Assembly: GCA_035527255.1 (NCBI GenBank)
Contig: DATLAW010000237.1
Location: 7,905 to 71,904, forward strand
Length of the DNA stretch: 64,000 nucleotides
Source of the DNA: Thermohalobaculum sp.
Lineage (GTDB): Bacteria; Pseudomonadota; Alphaproteobacteria; Rhodobacterales; Rhodobacteraceae
Direction of reading: 5' to 3'
This document shows, one piece after another, positions 20,573-29,846 of this stretch. A program made the translations under genes and the position numbers. Under the pieces are notes generated by a model that searched no databases, was not told the DNA's origin, and saw only the letters and a list, made by a program, of their open reading frames with translations. Every line of letters starts with the position of its first letter. Positions within the stretch are counted from its first letter, which is position 1.

Positions 20573-21220
20573 ATGGCGATTGAGAGAGAGAACGCCGGTC
20601 CAGTTGGGGACGGCGGGCATGAAACCCGCGCGGATGGCGGCGACGATGGGGGCCGGGGTCAGGGCGCGGGCGGTGCCGCCGGGCAGGCCTCCGGCATCCG
20701 CATATCCCTTGGGTGACCAGCGCCACAGCCGCTCGCGCCATTTCAGCAGCGGCGTGCGTTCGGCATCCGCAAGGGTCAGGAAAACCCCATCCGGCAGGGC
20801 GGCGAGGGTTGCCAGGTGGGTCGCCTGCTGCCGGGTGCGGGTCACGCGGGCGGCGTGCAACGCGCGGTCGATGTCCTGGGCCTTCGCGCCAGGCAACCCG
20901 GCCGCCAGCCATGCGGCCTTGAAGCGCCGGTAGTCGGCGTTGCGGCATTCGGCGCAGGGGCGGTGCCCGGCGGCCAGCGCCGAGACCTCGTCCCAGAAGA
21001 ACAATGCCGTGTAGCGTGTCGGCGATCCCGGCGGCGGCATTGGTTGCCGGTGGCGGCCCCGGAATTCGGTGACGCAGCAGACCCAGTTGGTGTGGCGCCA
21101 GCGGGCGGCGCGGAGATTGTTTTCGGCATCGTGGAGGATGCCGCGATTGCCCATCAGGGTGCCGCGCCAGGGCTGGGCGGTTATCTCGCCGGTGGGGAGG
21201 ACGCGGTTCTGAAGGGGCAT
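20570..21220 (-). CDS. Conserved hypothetical protein with Ada-like Zn-motif segment
   Basis: 216 aa. The segment YTALFFWDEVSALAAGHRPCAECRN resembles the Ada N-terminal metal-binding signature (..EALAAGFRPCKRC..). Function unknown. Confidence 0.5.
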   Translation of the reverse strand: MPLQNRVLPTGEITAQPWRGTLMGNRGILHDAENNLRAARWRHTNWVCCVTEFRGRHRQPMPPPGSPTRYTALFFWDEVSALAAGHRPCAECRNADYRRFKAAWLAAGLPGAKAQDIDRALHAARVTRTRQQATHLATLAALPDGVFLTLADAERTPLLKWRERLWRWSPKGYADAGGLPGGTARALTPAPIVAAIRAGFMPAVPNWTGVLSLNRH

Positions 21221-21230
21221 GGGGATGGCC

Positions 21231-22178
21231 CTAGCCCTGCAGCGGGTCCGGCGCCGGGTTGCCGCCGCAGATCAGCACTGCGACGCGCTCGCCGGGTTCG
21301 GGCCGGTAGGCGCCGGAGGTTAACGCGGCAAGGGCAGCGGCGCCGCCGGGTTCAGTGAGGATACGCAGACCACGCCAGAGCAGGCGCTGCGCCTCGGCGA
21401 TGGCGTCGTCGGAGACGAGCACGCTGTGGATCCCTTGAGCGTGGGCGAGGCCGTAGCAGATTTTGCCTATGCGACGCGCGCCGAGTGCGTTGACGGCGAT
21501 TCCGCCGACTGCGACCTCGGTCTCCGGCCCGTCGGCCAGCGCCCGGTTGAGCGTCGGGCATGCCTCGGGCTCGACCGCGACCACCTTGCGCCGGCCGCCG
21601 AGCCAGGCGAGCGCACCGGCGATGAGCCCGCCGCCGCCGACCGCGATCAGGACGGTATCGGCATCGAGCCCCTGTTCCTCCCATTCAAGCGCCACGGTGC
21701 CCTGACCGATCACCGTCTCGGGCGCATCATAGGCATGGACCTGGATTGCGCCGGTTGTGGCCTCGTGGGCCTGGGCGGCGGCGAGCGCCTGGGAATAGTC
21801 GCCCTCGGTCACATGGAGATCCGCCCCGGTCTCGCGGATCAGTGCGATCTTGGCCGGGCCGGCGATCCGGGGGACGTAGATGCGGGCGGGGTGCCCGAGC
21901 CGATGGGCGGCATAACCCACCGCCGCGCCGTGGTTGCCGCCGGATGCAGCGACGACACCAGCCGGCGGCACGTCACGCGACAGCAGGTTGTTGAACGCCC
22001 CGCGCGGCTTGAAGCTGCCGGTGTGCTGGAGGAGTTCGAGCTTGAGGGCGACAGGGTGGGAAAGGCCGAAGGCACTGCCGTCGAGGTCCATCACCGGAGT
22101 GCGGCGGATATGGGGGGCGATCCGCTCGTGAGCCGTTGAAATCTGGTCCCAGTCTATGCTGGTGCAAGTTCCACTCAT
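21231..22178 (-). CDS. PLP-dependent serine/threonine dehydratase family protein
   Basis: PLP-lysine motif HTGSFKPRGAFN and GGNHGAAVGYAA. The Met at 22178 is preferred over the ORF-track 22238. Confidence 0.8.
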   Translation of the reverse strand: MSGTCTSIDWDQISTAHERIAPHIRRTPVMDLDGSAFGLSHPVALKLELLQHTGSFKPRGAFNNLLSRDVPPAGVVAASGGNHGAAVGYAAHRLGHPARIYVPRIAGPAKIALIRETGADLHVTEGDYSQALAAAQAHEATTGAIQVHAYDAPETVIGQGTVALEWEEQGLDADTVLIAVGGGGLIAGALAWLGGRRKVVAVEPEACPTLNRALADGPETEVAVGGIAVNALGARRIGKICYGLAHAQGIHSVLVSDDAIAEAQRLLWRGLRILTEPGGAAALAALTSGAYRPEPGERVAVLICGGNPAPDPLQG

Positions 22179-22417
22179 GTAGGTCGCCCCTTGTCTCGTG
22201 ATTACCGGGCCTGGCCGGAAATCCAGTTTTAAGTTCAACTGTTCAAGAACTGGATGCCCGGGTCAAGCCCGAGCAAGACGTGGTTTCGGTTGATCGAAAA
22301 TCTCTGTCGACAGAGGCGCGCCCCCGATTAGGCTCAGGCAATCCCCGTCCGGTCGACGATCTCGGCGAAATTCGAAGCCGCAGCGGGACGGCCGAACGAC
22401 GAGCGAGCGTCGCGCGC

Positions 22418-22846
22418 TCAGGATCCCGTATATGACAGATCCTGAATATCCGCTTTGGCCTCGGCTGGGTCGACGAGTTCAAGATTTCCATGCCCGACAA
22501 TGAGCCCCATCGAAATATGGCAACGGACATATTTCTCTTCGCCTGGCCCGAGAACCAGAGTGAGCCGCCGTTCGACCTCAGTTTCCACGCTCGCTTCATA
22601 TTTTCCGGGTTCAACATCCTTGTAGAAAACGCCTTTGGGTTCACACGATCCAACATTTTCCTGGTTGAGAATAATACTTGGCTGCACCGCCGCGCCTACA
22701 ATCTGCGTCCGGTAGAAATAAATCCGGGCTTGGCCGTCGGGCATAGCGGATATGTTCCCCTTAATTTCCGCAAATTTCGGCCCGCTTGCGCATGCGCTCA
22801 CCAATAGGGTTCCGACAAGAAACACAACCGCGCGAAGCTTGGACAT
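22418..22846 (-). CDS. Lipoprotein, DUF2846-like
   Basis: Lipobox LLVSAC. Lies in low-G+C context. Family assignment is from memory. Confidence 0.55.
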   Translation of the reverse strand: MSKLRAVVFLVGTLLVSACASGPKFAEIKGNISAMPDGQARIYFYRTQIVGAAVQPSIILNQENVGSCEPKGVFYKDVEPGKYEASVETEVERRLTLVLGPGEEKYVRCHISMGLIVGHGNLELVDPAEAKADIQDLSYTGS

Positions 22847-22850
22847 AGTT

Positions 22851-23252
22851 CTACTCCCGATTTGGGTTCAGTTTGACGGGAACGGGATCGGCGACCGGTG
22901 AGAATGCTTCCTCATTCGGAAGCCAGAAGCCGACCCATCGATCGTCCCGGACGACGATATATGCTTCGCGAACATGAATGCCTTCGACGGTCAAAACCGT
23001 ATCGACCGGTTTCATCACGGCGCCTTCGCGGATACTGCCCATGGACACCCATTGGGAACCGGAGCTCAAGGTTCGCAGATACCCGCCAGTCGATCGTGCG
23101 ACAGCTTCGTTTTCCAAAACGACTACTTGCAGCGTTGACACTGGCGAGAGTTCAGAAGGCGTCAGTTTTACGTCCGAACAACCTGCCAGGAGCAACACAC
23201 CAATAAGGGCAAGCACTCGGGCAGGTTTGGTGTCAGCGGACGTGTTTCTCAT
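22851..23252 (-). CDS. Hypothetical lipoprotein
   Basis: The Met at 23252 gives MRNTSADTKPARVLALIGVLLLAGCSD (lipobox LLAGC). Low-G+C context. No family recognised. Confidence 0.5.
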   Translation of the reverse strand: MRNTSADTKPARVLALIGVLLLAGCSDVKLTPSELSPVSTLQVVVLENEAVARSTGGYLRTLSSGSQWVSMGSIREGAVMKPVDTVLTVEGIHVREAYIVVRDDRWVGFWLPNEEAFSPVADPVPVKLNPNRE

Positions 23253-23383
23253 TCTGCATTTCTTAACGTCATGCAGAAATCGAAACAGATTGGATCGGAC
23301 ACCGGCGCCCTCCAGCGAGACCGGTGAGATCGGTCTCACCCTAGGGTAGTATACCCAAGCTTAAGATATCACAAGGTCGACCA

Positions 23384-24583
23384 TCAAAGCCCCGCCTCCG
23401 CCGCAACCTGAGCGCGAGGCTTCCGCGCCCGCTCGGTTGCCGATTTCAACTGGCCACACGCCGCCATGATGTCTTCGCCGCGCGGGGTGCGAACCGGGCT
23501 GGCGTAGCCTGCCCGGTTGACGATCTCGGCGAAGGCCTCGATCCGGTCCCAGCTTGAGCGTTCGTGGACGGCACCGGGCCAGGGGTTGAACGGGATCAGG
23601 TTGATCTTGGCCGGGATGCCGGCGATTAGTTTGACCAGCCGCTTGGCGTCGGCGTTGCTGTCGTTCACGTCCTTCAGCATCAAGTACTCGAATGTGATCC
23701 GCTCGGAGTTCGAAAGCCTGGGGTACTGGCGGCAGGCATCAAGCAATTCAGCGATCGGCCATTTGCGGTTGATCGGGACCAGCTCGTTGCGCACGGCGTC
23801 GGTGGTGGCATGCAGGCTGATCGCCAGCAGCGTGCCGATCTCGTAGCCGGAGCGGGGGATTTCCGGGGCCACGCCGGAGGTGGAAAGCGTGATGCGGCGG
23901 CGGCTGAGCGACAGCCCCTCGCCGTCCATGGCGATCTTCATTGCGTCGCGCACGCCATCGAAATTGTACAGCGGCTCGCCCATGCCCATCAGCACGACAT
24001 TGGTAATATAACGCTTGTCCGACGGGCGCTCGCCAACGACCGGCCACTCGCCGAGGTCGTCGCGCGCAACCATGATCTGACCGGCGATCTCGCCCGGCGT
24101 CAGGTTGCGGACCAGCTTTTGGGTGCCGGTATGGCAGAACGTGCAGGTCAGCGTACAGCCGACCTGGGACGAGACGCACAGCGTACCGCGCTCCTCGTCG
24201 GGGATATAGACGGTCTCGACCTCGTGCCCGCCTGCAATGCGCAGCAGATATTTGCGGGTGCCATCGGCCGAGATCTGGCGGGTGACGATTTCGGGGCGGG
24301 TGATGACAAATTGCTCGGCGAGGAGGCCACGGAAGGCTTTCGACAGGTTGGTCATCGCGGAAAAGTCAGAGACCCCGCGCTGGTAGATCCATTGCCACAC
24401 CTGGCCGGTGCGCATCGCTGCCTGGGCCGTGGGCACTCCGGCCTCGATCAGCGTGTCGTGCAGCCGCTCGCGGGTCAGGCCGACCAGATTAGGGAGCGCG
24501 CCGACGTCCGCCTTGCGAGGCAAGGTGGCGAAATCCGGCTGGATCGCAGTTCCGCCCGGGGGGCGCGTAATGCTCTCGGTCAT
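23384..24583 (-). CDS. rlmN: 23S rRNA (adenine2503-C2)-methyltransferase, radical SAM
   Basis: 399 aa. Radical-SAM [18 protein letters not shown] and C-terminal [11 protein letters not shown]. Confidence 0.9.
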   Translation of the reverse strand: MTESITRPPGGTAIQPDFATLPRKADVGALPNLVGLTRERLHDTLIEAGVPTAQAAMRTGQVWQWIYQRGVSDFSAMTNLSKAFRGLLAEQFVITRPEIVTRQISADGTRKYLLRIAGGHEVETVYIPDEERGTLCVSSQVGCTLTCTFCHTGTQKLVRNLTPGEIAGQIMVARDDLGEWPVVGERPSDKRYITNVVLMGMGEPLYNFDGVRDAMKIAMDGEGLSLSRRRITLSTSGVAPEIPRSGYEIGTLLAISLHATTDAVRNELVPINRKWPIAELLDACRQYPRLSNSERITFEYLMLKDVNDSNADAKRLVKLIAGIPAKINLIPFNPWPGAVHERSSWDRIEAFAEIVNRAGYASPVRTPRGEDIMAACGQLKSATERARKPRAQVAAEAGL

Positions 24584-24693
24584 CGGCCTTCGGTTCTGGT
24601 GAGTTGCAAGGATATGCCCCTCCCCCTCACGGGGAAGGCCGCAGGCCCTAGCACATGCGCCGCCTCAATGCCAGACCGCTGACGAGCACGGGA

Positions 24694-25248
24694 CTACTTG
24701 CAGAGCGCAGCCGCCGCCTCCAGCGCTGCGCTAAAGCCGCTCAGCGAGAAGCTATCGGCCGTCTTGGTGCCCCGCGTCGACTCGCCTTCGAGTTTGGCGC
24801 TCGAGCCACGGCGAAAAGCTTCGATCAGCGCGGCGTCGTCCTGGGCCGAAGGCGACCAGGCGTTTTCACCTTCGGTAAACAGGGTGAACTTCTTATCGCC
24901 AACCGCTGCGCCAACCTCCGATCCCTTCTTGAGTGGATATCCACTCAGATAAGAGACCTCGTTGACGACACCGTCCGCCGGTCTAATCGACACCATCAGG
25001 AAGATGTCGCCCCGGTTCACCTTGACGGTCTTTCCATCACGCGAGGCGCCGGTCTTGGTCGGCTGTGACACGATCCAGCAAACCTTTTGCTGACCGCTGC
25101 CGGCCTCAAAGACCGACCAATCCTTTTTGGCATCGACGCGCGCCTGGGTCTGCGCCTCGGCAGCGCCCGGGACGACAGCCCCTAACAGAAGCGCGGCCAG
25201 TAACGCGGCCGGTAACGCGGTCGTCCCCAGTTTCAAAAATTTCGACAT
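24694..25248 (-). CDS. Invasion-associated locus B (IalB) family protein
   Basis: Signal peptide plus KDWSVFEA ... KVCWIVSQP pattern. Located next to rlmN. Confidence 0.65.
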   Translation of the reverse strand: MSKFLKLGTTALPAALLAALLLGAVVPGAAEAQTQARVDAKKDWSVFEAGSGQQKVCWIVSQPTKTGASRDGKTVKVNRGDIFLMVSIRPADGVVNEVSYLSGYPLKKGSEVGAAVGDKKFTLFTEGENAWSPSAQDDAALIEAFRRGSSAKLEGESTRGTKTADSFSLSGFSAALEAAAALCK

Positions 25249-25457
25249 GCTCGCCTCACTTTAGGTCTTCCGCGGATCTTGGATGTCCGTCCGGAAGTGT
25301 TTCGTATCATTATCCCACATCGGTGTTTATCCCGTTGCGAATTGCAGCATACTGTAACTTGTGGGGAGAATTCCACCCCAGTACATCGCGAAAAACGGTC
25401 TTCTTGATTACAATACGCGTGAATGACGTGGGTCCGGCGCGAAAACGGAGCAAATGA

Positions 25458-26465
25458 ATGAGCGAGCAGGTCAATCCGGTCCTTGCCGAGGTTTGGCGGG
25501 GTGAGATCTTGGAGTGCGTGCATCGGGGCACTGCGGTGGTCGCGACGGCGTCGGGCGAGGTGGTCGAGGCTTGGGGTAATCCGGGGCGGGTGATCCTGCC
25601 GCGCTCGGCCTGCAAGATCATCCAGGCGCTGCCGCTGGTCGAGAGCGGGGCAGCGGATGCTGTTGGGCTCGGGACCGAGCAACTGGCGCTCGCCTGTGCC
25701 TCGCATCAGGGGGCGTCGGTGCATACCGGGCTGGCGCAGCGCTGGCTGGAGGGGATCGGGCTTGGCGAGACCGACCTCAGATGCGGCGCCCATGTGCCGA
25801 ACGATCCGGAGGCGAGCCATGATTTGTATCACCGCCGCGCCCGGCCGGATCAGTTCCACAACAACTGCTCGGGCAAGCATTGTGGCTTCCTGACCGCCAA
25901 CCGGCATCTTGGCGGCGGGGCGGACTACGTCGAGCCGGATCATTCGTTGCAGAGGGCGGTGCGGCAGGCAACCGAGGAGGTGACCGGCGAGACCGTTGTA
26001 GGGTTTGCCATCGACGGTTGTTCGGCGCCGAATTTTGCCATCTCTCTGAAGGGTCTGGCAACCGCGATGGCGCGTTTCGCGACACCGGAGACCAACTTTA
26101 CCGGCGCCAGGGCTGTGGCGGCACGGCGGCTGCGTGAGGCGATGGCGGCGCATCCGGTGCTGGTCTCGGGTGAGGGCCGTCCCGTCACCAACCTGATGCG
26201 GGCGTGCAGTGGCCGGGCCATGGTAAAATCCGGCGCGGAGGGGGTTTTCATCGCCATCCTGCCTTCGAGAGGCCTGGGAATTGCGCTGAAGGTCGACGAC
26301 GGCAGCGGGCGCGGCAGCCAGGCGGCGATCGCGGCGCTGCTGGCCCGGTATGGTGCGCTGGATCGGGCCGATCCGGTCTACACCGCGTTGGCGGACGCTC
26401 CGATCCTGAACTGCCGGGGCTACGCCCACGGCCATCTCAGGGCGGCGGAGACACTGTCGGGGTGA
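25458..26465 (+). CDS. Asparaginase II family protein (Rhizobium-type)
   Basis: 335 aa. RSACKIIQALP ... NNCSGKHCGFL ... VKSGAEGVF, as in PF06089-type asparaginases. Confidence 0.75.
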   Translation: MSEQVNPVLAEVWRGEILECVHRGTAVVATASGEVVEAWGNPGRVILPRSACKIIQALPLVESGAADAVGLGTEQLALACASHQGASVHTGLAQRWLEGIGLGETDLRCGAHVPNDPEASHDLYHRRARPDQFHNNCSGKHCGFLTANRHLGGGADYVEPDHSLQRAVRQATEEVTGETVVGFAIDGCSAPNFAISLKGLATAMARFATPETNFTGARAVAARRLREAMAAHPVLVSGEGRPVTNLMRACSGRAMVKSGAEGVFIAILPSRGLGIALKVDDGSGRGSQAAIAALLARYGALDRADPVYTALADAPILNCRGYAHGHLRAAETLSG

Positions 26466-27351
26466 TCTGCGATGCTTGCCGCATCAGCCGGTATTCGCGC
26501 CAGATGGCGTAGAGCCCGGCACCGACGGTGATGGTCATGCCGATGATCATCCAGCGGTCGACCGGCTCGCCGAAGATGAAGGCTCCGATCGGGATGGCAA
26601 AGACCATTTGCAGGTAGCTGAAGGGCTGGATGCGCACCGCCTCGGTCGCCTCCAGCGCCCGGATCAGGCAGTAGTGGCCGAACATCGCCACGGTGGAATG
26701 GACCAGCAACCAACCGATGTCCGGCAGCCGCATCGGCGTCCAGTAGAACGGGCCGACCAATGTCAGCGCCCCTGCCCCGGCCACACCCAGCCAGAAGAAC
26801 GCCGGCATGGCCGAGCCGTCGGCGCGGCTGACCATGCGGGTGGTGATGGTGTAGACCGCCATCATCGCCGCGATGGCCAGTGCGATCAGCGCGTCGGGGC
26901 GGAACATGTCGAGGCCGGGGCGCAGGATCATCACCACGCCGATGAAGCCGACGGTGATGGCCCCGGCCCGGCGCCAGCCGATCCGCTCGCCCAGCAGCGG
27001 GATCGCCAGCATCGTCGCCAACAGGGGATGCACCGAGAATATCGCGTGGGTCTCGGCCAGCCCGAGCCGGTCGAAACTGATCACCACGAGGACGATCTGC
27101 GCCGCCAGCAGGACACCGCGGAACACCTGGAGCCGGGGCATCTTGGTTTGGAACACCGCCCGGAGCCCGCCGGGCCGCCGCGCCACCAGCAGCACGACAA
27201 ACACCGCGAACAGCCAGTAGCGGACCATGATGAAGAACTGCGGCGGGTAATGGCCCGCCAGGTACTTCGAGGTGCCGTCCTGCACCGCGAAAGCCACCAT
27301 CGCCATCAGCACGAAGCGGATGCCGAGGGCGGGGTTTGAGGGCCTGCTCAC
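26437..27351 (-). CDS. DMT (EamA) family transporter
   Basis: About 10 TM helices with an EamA repeat pattern. A GTG at 27351 is chosen because the ORF-track start at 27468 would overlap davB by 95 nt. Confidence 0.7.
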   Translation of the reverse strand: MSRPSNPALGIRFVLMAMVAFAVQDGTSKYLAGHYPPQFFIMVRYWLFAVFVVLLVARRPGGLRAVFQTKMPRLQVFRGVLLAAQIVLVVISFDRLGLAETHAIFSVHPLLATMLAIPLLGERIGWRRAGAITVGFIGVVMILRPGLDMFRPDALIALAIAAMMAVYTITTRMVSRADGSAMPAFFWLGVAGAGALTLVGPFYWTPMRLPDIGWLLVHSTVAMFGHYCLIRALEATEAVRIQPFSYLQMVFAIPIGAFIFGEPVDRWMIIGMTITVGAGLYAIWREYRLMRQASQITPTVSPPP

Positions 27352-27373
27352 GCGCCGGCCTGCTCGCACGGCG

Positions 27374-29026
27374 TCATCCGGGCAGTTCGACAGGGCCGAG
27401 CGCGCCGAAGCGGTCTCCGGGACCTGGATTATCGCGATGGGAGTGCCCGCCGAGATGGGCCGTGACACCCCAGACCGCGTTCAACGCCGTTTGCACCGCG
27501 CCCTCGGCCCAGGCGGGGGTCCAGCTTACGTCATCTCCGGCGAGCAACAGGCCGCGCTGTTCGGGCGGCAGCGTGCCTTGCATGAAGTGGCCGAACATGC
27601 GGTGGTTATAGCGGTAGTGGCCCGGCAAGGCACCCTTGAAGGCGCCGAGGAAGTTGGGGTCGTTCTCCCAGCTGACGGTGATCGGGTCGCCAATGATGTG
27701 GCTGGCGATATCGACCCGTGGGTAGATCTTGGAAAGTGCCGCCAGCGCCAGCTCAACCCGGCGCTCGAGCGGCTGCGGCAGCATCTTGAGTGCATCCGAC
27801 ATCCAGGAATAGGTCAGGCACATGACGCCCGGACGGCCGGGACCAAGATCGAACAGGTAAGTGCCCCGGGTCAGCCGGTCGGTCAGGGTCATCGACATCA
27901 CGTCGCGCCCGGTTACCGGGTCCTTGTCCTTCCAGAATGGCCGATCGACCATGACGAAGGTCTTCGACGATTGCATGTAGCGGGTGCGGTCCAGCGCCAT
28001 CCACATGTCCTGGCTGAACAGGCGCTCCTCGGTGTCGATGGCGGTGGTCAGTAGCCAGCTTTGGCAGGTGGCGATGACCGCGTCGAAAGCCTCGGTGCGG
28101 CCCCAACGGTCGGTGACATTGAGGCGCCCTTCAGCGTCGCGGAACAACCGGGTCGCACCGGGCCGGGTGGCGCCGCCGTTCAGCGCCGACAGCGTGGTGC
28201 CCGCGGGCCAATGCACCATCCGTTCCGGCACCCGGCGCCACAGACCCTGGGGCACCTGCTCGACGCCGCCGACAATAAAACGCTGGTTCTCGTCGCATTC
28301 GGTGGCGTTAACGCGCAGGATCTCCAGCATCGAGTTGGGGAAGTCGCTGTCCCAGCCACCAGTGCCGAAGCCGACCTGACCGAAGACCTCGCGGTGGCGG
28401 AACGAAAGCTTCTGGAACGCGCGGGACGAGGCGACAAAATCGTAGAAGGTACGCTCGTCCCAGGCCCGCACGATCGGGTTCCAGATCTCCTTGATCCGGG
28501 CGGTGTCACGGGCGCGGATAGCGGCCTTGAGATCGGAGAACCGCGCGCCCTCGTCCAACGCCTCGTTGTAGGCGGCGGCGACCTCGCGGAACATCCGTGG
28601 CAGATCGGCCAGCGTCTCGGCGTAGTGGGTCTCGCCACCCAAATCGATCACTGTCGAGCCAGCGGCGGAGGTCAGCGGGTTCGGGAACGGGCGGCTCTCG
28701 AGCCCCAGCTTATCGACGTAGTGGTAGAAACCGGTCGAGGACACTGGGAAGCGCATGCCGCCCAACTCGGCGATGACCCCATCGGCGCCTTCGAAGGGTT
28801 GCGAGCGAAGCCGGCCGCCGAACTGGCCGGACTCGAACAGGATCGGATGGACGCCCATGCGCATCAGCTCGTAGCCGCAGATCACCCCGGCGATACCGGC
28901 CCCGATGATCGCGACCTTGGCACCGTGGCGTGCGCCGGGGATCGAGCCCAGCCCGGCCGGGTGGGCCAGCCAGTCGTCGAAAGCAAAGGGGAAATCGGGG
29001 CCGAAGACTGTGACGGGGGCGCTCAT
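27374..29026 (-). CDS. davB: L-lysine 2-monooxygenase-like flavoprotein (DavB-like)
   Basis: 550 aa. FGPDFPFAFDDWL, FAD fold VAIIGAGIAGV, GGMRFP, FGTGGWDSDFPNSMLE and GDDVSWTPAWAEGAVQTALNAVW closely match my recollection of Pseudomonas putida DavB. Confidence 0.75.
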   Translation of the reverse strand: MSAPVTVFGPDFPFAFDDWLAHPAGLGSIPGARHGAKVAIIGAGIAGVICGYELMRMGVHPILFESGQFGGRLRSQPFEGADGVIAELGGMRFPVSSTGFYHYVDKLGLESRPFPNPLTSAAGSTVIDLGGETHYAETLADLPRMFREVAAAYNEALDEGARFSDLKAAIRARDTARIKEIWNPIVRAWDERTFYDFVASSRAFQKLSFRHREVFGQVGFGTGGWDSDFPNSMLEILRVNATECDENQRFIVGGVEQVPQGLWRRVPERMVHWPAGTTLSALNGGATRPGATRLFRDAEGRLNVTDRWGRTEAFDAVIATCQSWLLTTAIDTEERLFSQDMWMALDRTRYMQSSKTFVMVDRPFWKDKDPVTGRDVMSMTLTDRLTRGTYLFDLGPGRPGVMCLTYSWMSDALKMLPQPLERRVELALAALSKIYPRVDIASHIIGDPITVSWENDPNFLGAFKGALPGHYRYNHRMFGHFMQGTLPPEQRGLLLAGDDVSWTPAWAEGAVQTALNAVWGVTAHLGGHSHRDNPGPGDRFGALGPVELPG

Positions 29027-29835
29027 CAGGCGCCTTTCACGCCGGAGATTGATCCGTAGAGTTCGGGCCGCCGGTCGGCGAGATGGGTCGAGGTGGCCCG
29101 TGTCGCGGCCAGATGTTGCTTGGTCAGGTCGGCGAAGATCATCTCGTCACCGTCGCCAGCGCGGGCCAGATCGGCGCCGTCAGGGCCGCAGACACAGGAC
29201 AGGCCGCAGTAGGTGAAATCGCCTTCGGCACCGCAGTAGTTGACGTAGGCGACATAGACCCCGTTCTCCTCGGCCCGGGCCGGGACGATGCGGGTCGGGA
29301 TGCTGGTGAAGGGCAGCATGTTGGCGGTCGGCACCAGAATCGCATCAACGCCGGCAAGCGCCTGGGCGCGGGCCAGTTCGGGGAACTCGATGTCGTAGCA
29401 AATAGCCAACCCGAGCGACCAGCCGTCGAGGTCAACCGGCGTTGCCAGCGCCGCGCCGGGCGCGAATTGTGCCCGGTCGACAGCGCCATAGAAGTGTGTC
29501 TTGCGGCAAGTCGCGCGGCTTTTGCCGTGCCGGTCTACAAGATGGACGGCATTGTAGACCCTGCCGTCGGGGTCAAGTTCCGGGAAGCCTACTAGCAGCG
29601 CGATCCGGTGGCGACGGGCGATCTCGGCGAAGGCTGCGATCATCGGGCCGTCCAGCGGCTCGGCGGCGGCACGCACGGCAGCCACGCCGATATTATAGCC
29701 GGTCAGCGCCATCTCCGGCGCGATCAGCAGGTTTGCGCCAGCCGCTGCGGCCGTTCCGGCAGAGCGGTTGAGACGGGCCAGCGCCACAGCGCTGCCGCCG
29801 GTCGTTGGTGGGCCCTGGTCGAGTGCGAGCCGCAT
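29026..29835 (-). CDS. davA: Carbon-nitrogen hydrolase, 5-aminopentanamidase-like (DavA-like)
   Basis: 269 aa. Nitrilase-superfamily E-K-C triad context (APEMALTGY, CRKTHFYG, LAICYDIEFPE). ATGA-type overlap with davB at 29026. AGGAG SD upstream. Confidence 0.75.
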   Translation of the reverse strand: MRLALDQGPPTTGGSAVALARLNRSAGTAAAAGANLLIAPEMALTGYNIGVAAVRAAAEPLDGPMIAAFAEIARRHRIALLVGFPELDPDGRVYNAVHLVDRHGKSRATCRKTHFYGAVDRAQFAPGAALATPVDLDGWSLGLAICYDIEFPELARAQALAGVDAILVPTANMLPFTSIPTRIVPARAEENGVYVAYVNYCGAEGDFTYCGLSCVCGPDGADLARAGDGDEMIFADLTKQHLAATRATSTHLADRRPELYGSISGVKGA

Positions 29836-29846
29836 GTCGGCTCCTG

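Noticed and set aside
22240-23380. Low-G+C islet as a mobile element or prophage remnant.
   Set aside because: There is no integrase, transposase, tRNA target or flanking direct repeat. I report it only as a compositional anomaly.
27374-29026. Interpretation as tryptophan 2-monooxygenase (IaaM), implying auxin synthesis.
   Set aside because: The sequence blocks fit my recollection of DavB better than IaaM. The partner amidase is nitrilase-superfamily (DavA-like) rather than amidase-signature IaaH. A glutaryl-CoA dehydrogenase gene is adjacent. This still needs a database check.
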